Shown: piece by piece, positions 28,231 through 35,794 of the stretch
Layout: each line of letters starts with the position of its first letter
Numbering within the stretch: the first letter of the stretch is position 1
From: Candidatus Bathyarchaeota archaeon
Lineage (GTDB): Archaea; Thermoproteota; Bathyarchaeia; Bathyarchaeales; Bathyarchaeaceae
Length of the DNA stretch: 55,301 bases
Direction: 5' to 3'
Assembly: GCA_030615265.1 (NCBI GenBank)
Contig: JAUWZP010000002.1
Coordinates: 1-55,301 of the forward strand
Program-made: the position numbers and the translations under genes
The notes under the pieces: generated by a model
Told to the model about the DNA's origin: nothing
The model's database searches: none
Seen by the model: the letters and a program-made list of their open reading frames with translations, nothing else

Positions 28231-28590
28231 TCACTTCTTGGCTATTTTCTTCAACAGCTTTTCCAATTTTCTGATCTCATTTTTCAAGGTGTTAACGTCT
28301 TCATCAAAATATGTTTCTACTTTCTCAAACCTTTTCTCAACATTCTCAAATTTCTCCTCAACATCCTCAAACTTCTTCTCAATACGCATCAACACTTTTT
28401 CAACAGACCTCAAAGCTATCTTCATTTCTGAGCTGACAATGAAGTAGTAGAGTAATACTATCAAAGCAACAGAGGTAGTTTCCAGTATCGCGAACAAAGA
28501 AACTTCATCTTTTAAATACAGTATCGAAAGCTCGACGAAGATTATGAAAAAGATTACGGATATGATCAACCCGAACTTCGATTTCTCCAT
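28231..28590 (-). CDS. Hypothetical membrane-anchored coiled-coil protein
   Basis: Two N-terminal hydrophobic segments, then heptad repeats IEKKFEDVEEKFENVEKRFEKVETYF. Confidence 0.5.
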   Translation of the reverse strand: MEKSKFGLIISVIFFIIFVELSILYLKDEVSLFAILETTSVALIVLLYYFIVSSEMKIALRSVEKVLMRIEKKFEDVEEKFENVEKRFEKVETYFDEDVNTLKNEIRKLEKLLKKIAKK

Positions 28591-28958
28591 ATTCGCACCT
28601 CACTTGATAGAATAAAAACACAGACTCATAAATACACTGCACGCGCAAGGAGACGGTTTAACATAACAATCTCTTGGCTCTCTCTGTGGCTTAATCAGTT
28701 ATGAAACTTGTTCAGCTTCACGAATCTGCCGTCTGAAGCTTAAATTCTCACGTGTTCTCTGCTCAGATTCCAGATTTTCGAGACTTCCAGCTTGGAGTTG
28801 ATGTAGAACTGGTTCATTCTCCAAAGCCCCAACATGATGGGATACTTGTCCAAAAGCGTTTGCGGTAAACTTCAAAGGGGGAAAACCACATAAATTACTT
28901 TATATACATGTGAGAACTGTGGAAGAAGCTTGCCTGATCGCTTAGGTTACGTGATTTA

Positions 28959-29309
28959 ATGAAAAACAATTGCGACGGTTGCAGCCGAAAGATTGAAGAA
29001 ACACGTTTCATATTGCATGAAGTCGATCAGCGAGATAGCAAACTCACATTTGGAATCTTCTGTAACCGCTGCACAATCAAACTTCTGGACCAATTGAAAG
29101 GTAAGCTTGAATGGTTTCACACACAAAGCGGTTGGAAGGGATATATTCGTCCTGAAGCCAGATCCAAATTGGAGCAGGTCGGTCTCATTCATCCAGAACA
29201 CAACACTCAATCTATCGAGATAAACCTGGTTGATCAGAAACGTAAGGAAATTGGAAGAACTGAAATTTTAGAGATTTTGAGTGAAATATGCCAGAAGGTT
29301 GATCTTTAA
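28959..29309 (+). CDS. Hypothetical protein with CxxC pairs
   Basis: 116-aa ORF with CDGC and CNRC. No family recognised. Confidence 0.4.
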   Translation: MKNNCDGCSRKIEETRFILHEVDQRDSKLTFGIFCNRCTIKLLDQLKGKLEWFHTQSGWKGYIRPEARSKLEQVGLIHPEHNTQSIEINLVDQKRKEIGRTEILEILSEICQKVDL

Positions 29310-29344
29310 AGGAGTATATGATAATAGAATAAGAGGGAAATTGG

Positions 29345-30148
29345 GTGAGTAGTCGCCAGCGTAAAGTCATTGAAAAACTGACGAGACGAGAGCAACGTGC
29401 CGATAGAGAACAGCGGATGCTGAAGAAAGACTTTACGTCCGAACGAGCGGTACTGGAAGAAGTTTTTGACCGGTCAACCCTTATGACAATCTATTATCTT
29501 ATGAACAAAGGAATAATCGATGAAATCTTTGGCTCAGTAAAGGCTGGAAAGGAATCTAAGCTCTATTGGGGCAAAGACAAAGAAGGCAACACCTTAGCCA
29601 TCAAAATCTTTCTAACAGTTGCCGCTGAATTCAAAAAGGGCATGCTTATCTATATTCAAGGGGACCCAAGATTCACGCGAGTAAAAAGGGACACTCGCTC
29701 GCTGATCTACTTATGGGCTCAGAAAGAATTCAAAAACCTGCATACCGCCTTCAAGGCTGGTGTACATGTTCCCAAACCCATAGCCGTTAGACGCAACGTT
29801 CTAATTATGGAATTCATCGGAAAAAAAGGAATCAGCGCACCTTTACTCAGAGAAATCCCACTCAAAAACCCAGATAGAATCTATCGGCAGATTTTAGCCA
29901 ATGTGAAACGGCTATATAGAAAAGCGAGGTTGGTTCACGCTGACCTAAGCGAATACAACATCATGATATGGAAAGGAAAGCCCGTTCTCTTTGACGTTTC
30001 CCAAGCTGTATCGTGGAAACATCCCATGGCAAGCGAGTTTTTACGCAGAGACCTCAAAAATGTGATTCGCTACTTTAAACGACTAGGCGTCGCTGTTCCG
30101 CCAGTTGAAGAGCTGTTCAAAAAGGTGGCTGGAAATGTCAAAAGCTAG
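29345..30148 (+). CDS. rio1: RIO-type serine/threonine protein kinase
   Basis: GTG start. Blocks VFDRSTLMTIYYLMNKGII, GKESKLYWG, LVHADLSEYNIM and FDVSQAV are present. Confidence 0.9.
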   Translation: MSSRQRKVIEKLTRREQRADREQRMLKKDFTSERAVLEEVFDRSTLMTIYYLMNKGIIDEIFGSVKAGKESKLYWGKDKEGNTLAIKIFLTVAAEFKKGMLIYIQGDPRFTRVKRDTRSLIYLWAQKEFKNLHTAFKAGVHVPKPIAVRRNVLIMEFIGKKGISAPLLREIPLKNPDRIYRQILANVKRLYRKARLVHADLSEYNIMIWKGKPVLFDVSQAVSWKHPMASEFLRRDLKNVIRYFKRLGVAVPPVEELFKKVAGNVKS

Positions 30149-30722
30149 CACTTTCATAAAGATTCCCCGGGAACGCGTAGGTGCCCTCATAGGTCCAGAA
30201 GGAAGAGTTAAAGCGAATATTGAGAAAAAGCTCAATGTAGAGCTTGAGATAGACAGCGCAGCTGGAAGTGTCACTATAACGTTGGACCCGAACGCTCAAG
30301 ACCCTTCGCTGCTTTTTAGAGCAAAAGAAGTCATAACAGCTGTAGGTAGAGGCTTCTCCCCAGAACGGGCATACCGACTGCTCCACAACGAAGACACAAT
30401 GTTAGAAGTCATCGACCTACGACTAACCGTAGGAAAGTCTCCAGCAGACATTCAACGCCTAAAAGGCAGAATCATAGGTAAAGGCGGCAAAACGAGACGC
30501 ATAATTGAAGAGCTAACAGACGCCGACATCTCCATATACGGGCACACAGTTTCAATAATCGGCAGTTTCGACCAAGCAGCTATTGCAAGAGAAGCCATAC
30601 TCATGCTGATCAAAGGAAGCCAACACAGCACAGTTTACAGGTTTCTACAGAAGAAGAGACACGGACTTAAAAGAAAGAGACTAGAACTCTGGGAAACCCC
30701 GCATGAAGGACTAGAGAGATAA
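30135..30722 (+). CDS. KH-domain RNA-binding protein (Dim2/Pno1-like)
   Basis: IKIPRERVGALIGPEGRVK and GRIIGKGGKTRRIIEE KH motifs. Overlaps the rio1 end. The ORF is open from 30105. Confidence 0.8.
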   Translation: MSKASTFIKIPRERVGALIGPEGRVKANIEKKLNVELEIDSAAGSVTITLDPNAQDPSLLFRAKEVITAVGRGFSPERAYRLLHNEDTMLEVIDLRLTVGKSPADIQRLKGRIIGKGGKTRRIIEELTDADISIYGHTVSIIGSFDQAAIAREAILMLIKGSQHSTVYRFLQKKRHGLKRKRLELWETPHEGLER

Positions 30723-30924
30723 ACACGTATGTTCATTTTTGCTGCAATCAACTCAATAAAGATATATATTCAGTGTTAAAATAAATATAAAGTTGTCACG
30801 CAGATGATTTACGATGCCACAACGTTCAAAAGACTTCTTGAGGCAAACCCTTGAAATGACAGCGGAAAAACAAAATCAAACCGTTCCGTATACCCTATAG
30901 GAATCAAAAAGAGGTGGCTGGAGA

Positions 30925-32505
30925 ATGGTGCAAGCCTTTGAAGAAATAAGCGCTGCCGACTTCTTCTACAGAAACCGCGACATAGCAGGGTTCACCAATC
31001 CATCTAGAGCCATCTTCTCCTCAATACGAGAACTCGTGGAAAACTCCCTCGACGCCTCCGACCAGTCGCGCATCCCTCCAGAAATCTACATTCGGCTTTC
31101 CTTCGAATATGAAGGGTCCATGAAGGGCTCTGGGGAAGTCAAAGCGGAAGATGAAAGCCTTTTTGAAAACGGTTTTAGAGGCACTGAACCCAAAGTGTAT
31201 AGGCTACGTGTGGCAGACAACGGCTCTGGAGTGCCAGCGCGTCATATACCCGCAGCTTTTGGTCAAGTTCTGTTCGGGTCCAAGTATAAACTAAAGCAGA
31301 CACGAGGAACCTTTGGCTTAGGCGGAACAATGGCACTTCTCTACGGACAGATCACCACTCACAAACACGCTTTGGTCAAGTCTAGCACTGGTGGAGCCAG
31401 AATTTACATATACAAGATTATGGTGGACATTCCGAGAAATCGGCCAATAATATTAGACCGCAAGATTCTGTTAAACAAGGAAGGCTGGCGTGGAACAATC
31501 GTGGAGTTTTCGTTAGAAGGTGACTACGCTAAGGCGATGTCTCGAATTTTGGAGTACTTAAAGCAAACAGCCTTGGTTAATCCTTACGCTAATATCATGT
31601 TTATTGACCCAAAAGGGCGTCTGTACAAGTTTACACGAGTCACTACTCAAATGCCACGTCCTCCAAAAGAGACTAAACCTCACCCTTACGGCGTAGATGT
31701 TGAAGCCATTCAACGTCTCATACGGGTTACCCCTTGCCGAAACATGGTTGACTTTATGAGGAACCATTTCCATCGAGTGGGCGAAAAAACTTCCCACAAG
31801 TTCCTTGAATTTGCTGGAATAGGTAAAACCATAAACCCGAGAAAGCTTTCACGGGAAAGAATTGTACGCCTTGTGAAAATGATGAAGCGCTTCCGTAATT
31901 TTCTGCCTCCAGACGCCAGCTGCCTGTCGCCCATAAGTGAGGAGCTGCTTAAGGCTGGAATTCTAAAGGAGTTGCAGCCCGAGTTTATTGCTTTCTGCCA
32001 GCGTCAACCCTCCACTTATTCGGGGCATCCCTTCATCGTTGAAGTTGCAATAGCCTATGGCGGAAACATCGCGAGGAAAAACGACTTGGTTCTCTACAGA
32101 TTTGCGAACAGAATTCCCTTGCTGTACGATGAGGCTAGCGATGTCTCGTGGCGGATCATTAAGAGGATCAATTGGCGAAGATACAAAGTGAGTCTTGACA
32201 TGCCAATCGCTATACTGGTTCATATATGTAGCACTAAGGTTCCCTACAAGACCGTTGGCAAAGAATTCATCGCTGACAGACCAGAAGTGAAAAGAGAAGT
32301 CCTTAATGGAATCCGCGAGGCAGCCCGTCAGCTTCAACGTTTCCTAACCAAACGAGAGCATGTGGAGAGAGAGAGAAAACGGCTTTCCACGTTTTCCAAG
32401 TACCTGCCAAAAATCGCCCAGTTCTCAACTGAACTGGCTGGAAAAAAGAGGCCCCCCGACATCAAAAAACTGTTGTGGAGCGTGAAGAAATATGAAGAAA
32501 AGTAA
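30925..32505 (+). CDS. top6B: DNA topoisomerase VI subunit B
   Basis: Bergerat-fold N-terminus (ISAADFFYRNRDIAGF, ELVENSLDA, DNGSGV, GTFGLGG) in a 526-aa ORF. Confidence 0.95.
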   Translation: MVQAFEEISAADFFYRNRDIAGFTNPSRAIFSSIRELVENSLDASDQSRIPPEIYIRLSFEYEGSMKGSGEVKAEDESLFENGFRGTEPKVYRLRVADNGSGVPARHIPAAFGQVLFGSKYKLKQTRGTFGLGGTMALLYGQITTHKHALVKSSTGGARIYIYKIMVDIPRNRPIILDRKILLNKEGWRGTIVEFSLEGDYAKAMSRILEYLKQTALVNPYANIMFIDPKGRLYKFTRVTTQMPRPPKETKPHPYGVDVEAIQRLIRVTPCRNMVDFMRNHFHRVGEKTSHKFLEFAGIGKTINPRKLSRERIVRLVKMMKRFRNFLPPDASCLSPISEELLKAGILKELQPEFIAFCQRQPSTYSGHPFIVEVAIAYGGNIARKNDLVLYRFANRIPLLYDEASDVSWRIIKRINWRRYKVSLDMPIAILVHICSTKVPYKTVGKEFIADRPEVKREVLNGIREAARQLQRFLTKREHVERERKRLSTFSKYLPKIAQFSTELAGKKRPPDIKKLLWSVKKYEEK

Positions 32506-33583
32506 GAGCGCTGCTTTAGAAAGGAAGAAAGAAGTTGTTGCCAAGTTAGAAAGTTTTGGTCTCGACCTTTACGAGCAGATGGAGAAAGGCGTTTTTCCAT
32601 CGATAAAGATGCCTAGCCGCTCCATCGAAAACATCCGCTATAGCCCTGAGTTTCGACAGTACATTTTAGGTGAAAGGAAAGTGCACCGAAGTGCCCGCAA
32701 CATACGTCATATTCGCCCTTTCACTCAACTCGTTTGGACAGCCTTCTTCGCACATGAACTCGCAAAACATCGCAAAACCTCAACCCTGAGAGATGTCTAC
32801 TATTCCGCACAAGCTTATAACATGTCATTTAAAGACCAGCCTGAATCCAACAACATCATTACGGATTTGGAAACCATTTCAGGCTTTGCCAGAGAAGACT
32901 TCAACGTTTTCCCAGAAGAACGCTCAGCCATTTTCGGAGACCTAACCATCGAATACACGGTTCCAGGCTATGAGGGAAAGCAGTTAAACTTGACTTCACA
33001 TCCCGACGGCGTCATGATAGGACCTGCCTTAACCTCATCCGAGTTCGCAAAGACCGGTGCAGACAAGGTTATAGCCATCGAGAAAGGTGGTCTTTTCACG
33101 CGGTTTGTTGAAGAGCAAGTGCACCGGAAATTTAACGCCTTGCTTGTTCTCACTGCTGGTCAGGCACCTCGCGCCACTAGGCACTTTATTCATCGGCTTA
33201 ACAAGGAGCTCAGTCTCCCAGTTTACATTTTCACAGACGGCGACCCTTGGGGGATGCACATTGCCATGGTCATTATATCTGGTTCGGCGAATGCAGCTCA
33301 CTTAAGGGAGTTAACTACGCCAGATGCCAAATGGAGCGGGGTATGGGCCAGCGACATTGTAAAGTATAAGTTGCCAAGCGACCCCCTGACCGCTGTTGAC
33401 GTTAAGCGTCTTTACGAGCTGCAGAGGGACCCAAGATACGAGGGCAAATTGTGGCAGAGAGAAACCAAAAGATTCTTAAAAATTAAGAAAAAGGCGGAGC
33501 AGGAGGCTTTCAGCCGCTACGGCTTAACCTACATTGTAGATGAATATTTGCCAGCTAAACTTGAGGCTCTTGAAGAGGATTAA
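32492..33583 (+). CDS. top6A: DNA topoisomerase VI subunit A (Spo11 family)
   Basis: LRDVYYSA (catalytic Tyr block), VIAIEKGG, and IFTDGDPWGMHI (Toprim DxD). Overlaps top6B by 14 nt. Confidence 0.95.
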   Translation: MKKSKSAALERKKEVVAKLESFGLDLYEQMEKGVFPSIKMPSRSIENIRYSPEFRQYILGERKVHRSARNIRHIRPFTQLVWTAFFAHELAKHRKTSTLRDVYYSAQAYNMSFKDQPESNNIITDLETISGFAREDFNVFPEERSAIFGDLTIEYTVPGYEGKQLNLTSHPDGVMIGPALTSSEFAKTGADKVIAIEKGGLFTRFVEEQVHRKFNALLVLTAGQAPRATRHFIHRLNKELSLPVYIFTDGDPWGMHIAMVIISGSANAAHLRELTTPDAKWSGVWASDIVKYKLPSDPLTAVDVKRLYELQRDPRYEGKLWQRETKRFLKIKKKAEQEAFSRYGLTYIVDEYLPAKLEALEED

Positions 33584-33765
33584 GCCCGCTTTAACAAACT
33601 TAAAATAGCATGTAAAATTTACTTAAAACTTTAAACATTTCTAGGATATATTCAGAATGTCTTCTTATGTTTTCCATGAATTAGAAGAATCTTGCTTATA
33701 TACAATTTTCCATGAGATCAGATTGCTCTTTTGGAGGAGGGAGGACTTAGATTTCCTCATTCTAA

Positions 33766-33906
33766 CTATGCAAAGATCGCTGAGAATCCGATAATATATC
33801 CACATTTCTTACAGACATAAGCAAAATGTACTGTGCTTATTCCTCTGAGCTTCACATCTTCTATTTCATCTTCGGATAGTTCTCTATCACATTTAGGACA
33901 TTTCAT
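33766..33906 (-). CDS. Small zinc-ribbon protein (46 aa; below the ORF-track cut-off)
   Basis: Hand translation gives MKCPKCDRELSEDEIEDVKLRGISTVHFAYVCKKCGYIIGFSAIFA, with CPxC...CxxC. A GGTG lies ~10 nt upstream of the ATG. Confidence 0.4.
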   Translation of the reverse strand: MKCPKCDRELSEDEIEDVKLRGISTVHFAYVCKKCGYIIGFSAIFA

Positions 33907-34004
33907 TTTCCACTACACCAACCTATGGATCGTTAAAGCTCTAATTGATATGATTTTCCATGAAGTCTGAATGTATATGCACTACCTCAGGTCTGAGTAT
34001 TAGA

Positions 34005-34349
34005 CTATCTATTCAGTCTTTGTTCAATTCTTTCATTAAGCCTAAACACTTTGCTCTCAATTATTTTCCAAATATCTTCCATAGTCCAAAACTTATTCAT
34101 ATCTTCTCCCGTATGCAATGGCATTTTACGCATGGTGATTTCAAGCATAATTCCAATATGATATCCTAACAGAAGGTCTCTAGTCTCTCTGATATTTGCT
34201 GTAGGGACTTCCAATAGCAACGACTCAATCCGCTTAATTCTTTCAGGATACATTTCGGTTTTCTCGATATACTCATCGGTTTCGTTTTCAGCCATACCTC
34301 TCAGTGTTGCATCCAAACTACAATCACCTCTCAACCATCTTGTTTTCAT
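34005..34349 (-). CDS. Hypothetical protein
   Basis: 114-aa ORF in the element. No family recognised. Confidence 0.4.
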   Translation of the reverse strand: MKTRWLRGDCSLDATLRGMAENETDEYIEKTEMYPERIKRIESLLLEVPTANIRETRDLLLGYHIGIMLEITMRKMPLHTGEDMNKFWTMEDIWKIIESKVFRLNERIEQRLNR

Positions 34350-34587
34350 CTCGGTTTTTGTTAAGTATTAATCTTTATTGTATCGTTTACAGCAAAAGTG
34401 AATCTTTTTCAGATAATTCAAGCTTGAAATTCCATAAAGTCTGAATGTTCCAGAGAGAGAATCATATTAACGCCTAGCGTCTTGTTAATATGTTTGAGTT
34501 GAGAAGGTTGAGACATTTTCACCTGAAGATTCATTAGAGCAATACGAGCTAAGTAATCTAACGAGAACGAAGAAAGAAGGAAAATAA

Positions 34588-34803
34588 TTGGTAAAATGCT
34601 CAGAATGTTTGCATTTTGATCATGGTTTCTGTTACGGAAAACGAGATCAACAAGGATATAGGATTCAAAAATCTGTTGGAAGACCTGACGAAGAACTTAT
34701 GTGTGATAAGTTTTTTGCTTGGAGGGAGTTTCTGAGGATTCTTTATTCTGAACGTGTAGGAGAACGAATGAATGGAAGCAAACAAGAATACCGAAAGTCG
34801 TGA
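34588..34803 (+). CDS. Hypothetical small Cys-rich protein (uncertain)
   Basis: 71-aa ORF with a TTG start (KCSECLHFDHGFCYG...MCDKF). Its stop codon is the first 3 nt of the left 16-bp inverted repeat. Confidence 0.3.
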   Translation: MVKCSECLHFDHGFCYGKRDQQGYRIQKSVGRPDEELMCDKFFAWREFLRILYSERVGERMNGSKQEYRKS

Positions 34804-34816
34804 ATGCATGTATGCA
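34801..34816. repeat. Left arm of 16-bp perfect inverted repeat TGAATGCATGTATGCA
   Basis: Read directly. The exact reverse complement occurs at 37646..37661. Confidence 0.9.
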
Positions 34817-34891
34817 CTTTAATAAAAAATAGAGAAAATTTCATTCTGCTCTCATATTTATAAGGCAATACAACAGCCATTAAATCAGAAG

Positions 34892-35764
34892 TTGCTATCT
34901 GGGGATGGAGGCATGCATGCGTCGTTCTCTGAAAGAATGGGTTTTAAGAAGGTTAGAACCGAAATCCAGATCAAATCTATGGATATTGCTCTAAGAAAAC
35001 GTCTCTGGAATGTCTTGGATTTGTACTATTGGACTAAAGGAGAGGGAGAGAAACGTTATGGATATGTAGCTTCGAAAATGCAATCATTTCTCAACAAGTT
35101 AATGCATCATCATTACAAAGACACCGTTGATATATTACCTAAAAAGTGGTCTGACGCTCGTGCACTGTTAAAGGCACGATTTTTTGAATGTGAATGGTTT
35201 GCAGTATATGATTTCATAGAATTCACAGCAGATAACTATCCAGATAAAACAACCAATGAGCAATTCATGAAAACATGCAAGAGTGTCCTTGAAGAGGAAA
35301 TGTCAGCCTATCGTTTTGTTGGAGGAAGAATTACTCCGATAACTTCAGAAGAAGAGATTTCCGAAATAGATGAAGCACTTGAAACTCCTTTAAGACCTGT
35401 TAGAGTCCATGTAGAAGAAGCATTGAAATTGTTGTCTGATAGAAAATCTCCTAATTATAGAAACTCTATTAAAGAATCCATAAGTGCAGTTGAGGCAATC
35501 TGCAGATTAATAGCTAATGACAAGAATGCTAAATTAGGTCAAGCATTAAACAAGATAGAAAACAAGATAGGTCTTCATGGTGCTTTGAAGAAGGCATTTA
35601 GTTGTTTATACGGATATACAAGCAGTGCCAATGGAATAAGGCATGCTTTGTTTGACGAACCTAGTACCTTGAGCTTTGAAGATGCTAAATTCATGCTAGT
35701 TTCATGTTCTGCATTCATAAATTACCTTGTGGCAAAGATGGGAAAGGCAGGAATAGAACCTTAG
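34892..35764 (+). CDS. AbiJ-like abortive-infection protein (AbiJ N-terminal domain + HEPN-like C-terminal domain)
   Basis: The N-terminal block FSERMGFKKVRTEIQIKSMDIALRKRLWNVL and the C-terminal block YRNSIKESISAVEAICRLI...LYGYTSSANGIRHAL match my recollection of AbiJ_NTD4/HEPN_AbiJ proteins. The likely start is ATG 34913. Confidence 0.55.
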   Translation: MLSGDGGMHASFSERMGFKKVRTEIQIKSMDIALRKRLWNVLDLYYWTKGEGEKRYGYVASKMQSFLNKLMHHHYKDTVDILPKKWSDARALLKARFFECEWFAVYDFIEFTADNYPDKTTNEQFMKTCKSVLEEEMSAYRFVGGRITPITSEEEISEIDEALETPLRPVRVHVEEALKLLSDRKSPNYRNSIKESISAVEAICRLIANDKNAKLGQALNKIENKIGLHGALKKAFSCLYGYTSSANGIRHALFDEPSTLSFEDAKFMLVSCSAFINYLVAKMGKAGIEP

Positions 35765-35780
35765 GGAAAAAATCTCTCCA

Positions 35781-35794
35781 ATGCATGCATGCAT
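35781..35794. repeat. 14-bp perfect palindrome ATGCATGCATGCAT between convergent stop codons
   Basis: Read directly. It fills most of the 29-nt spacer between the AbiJ-like stop (35764) and the stop of the 622-aa gene (35794..35796). Confidence 0.9.

Noticed and set aside
28290-28390. CRISPR-like short repeat array
   Set aside because: The periodicity is about 21 nt with no spacers and lies inside an ORF encoding heptad repeats. No CRISPR array is present anywhere in the window.
30723-30924. Possible C/D-box sRNA upstream of top6B (CAGATGAT ... ATGACAG)
   Set aside because: The C box deviates from RUGAUGA, and no CUGA D box or terminal stem could be found.
33556-33585. Candidate att direct repeat: AAACTTGAGG at the top6A 3' end versus AAACCTTGAGG at about 41893
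   Set aside because: Only about 9-10 imperfect nucleotides, which is too short to distinguish from chance without a computed search. It is also not positioned symmetrically with respect to the compositional boundaries.
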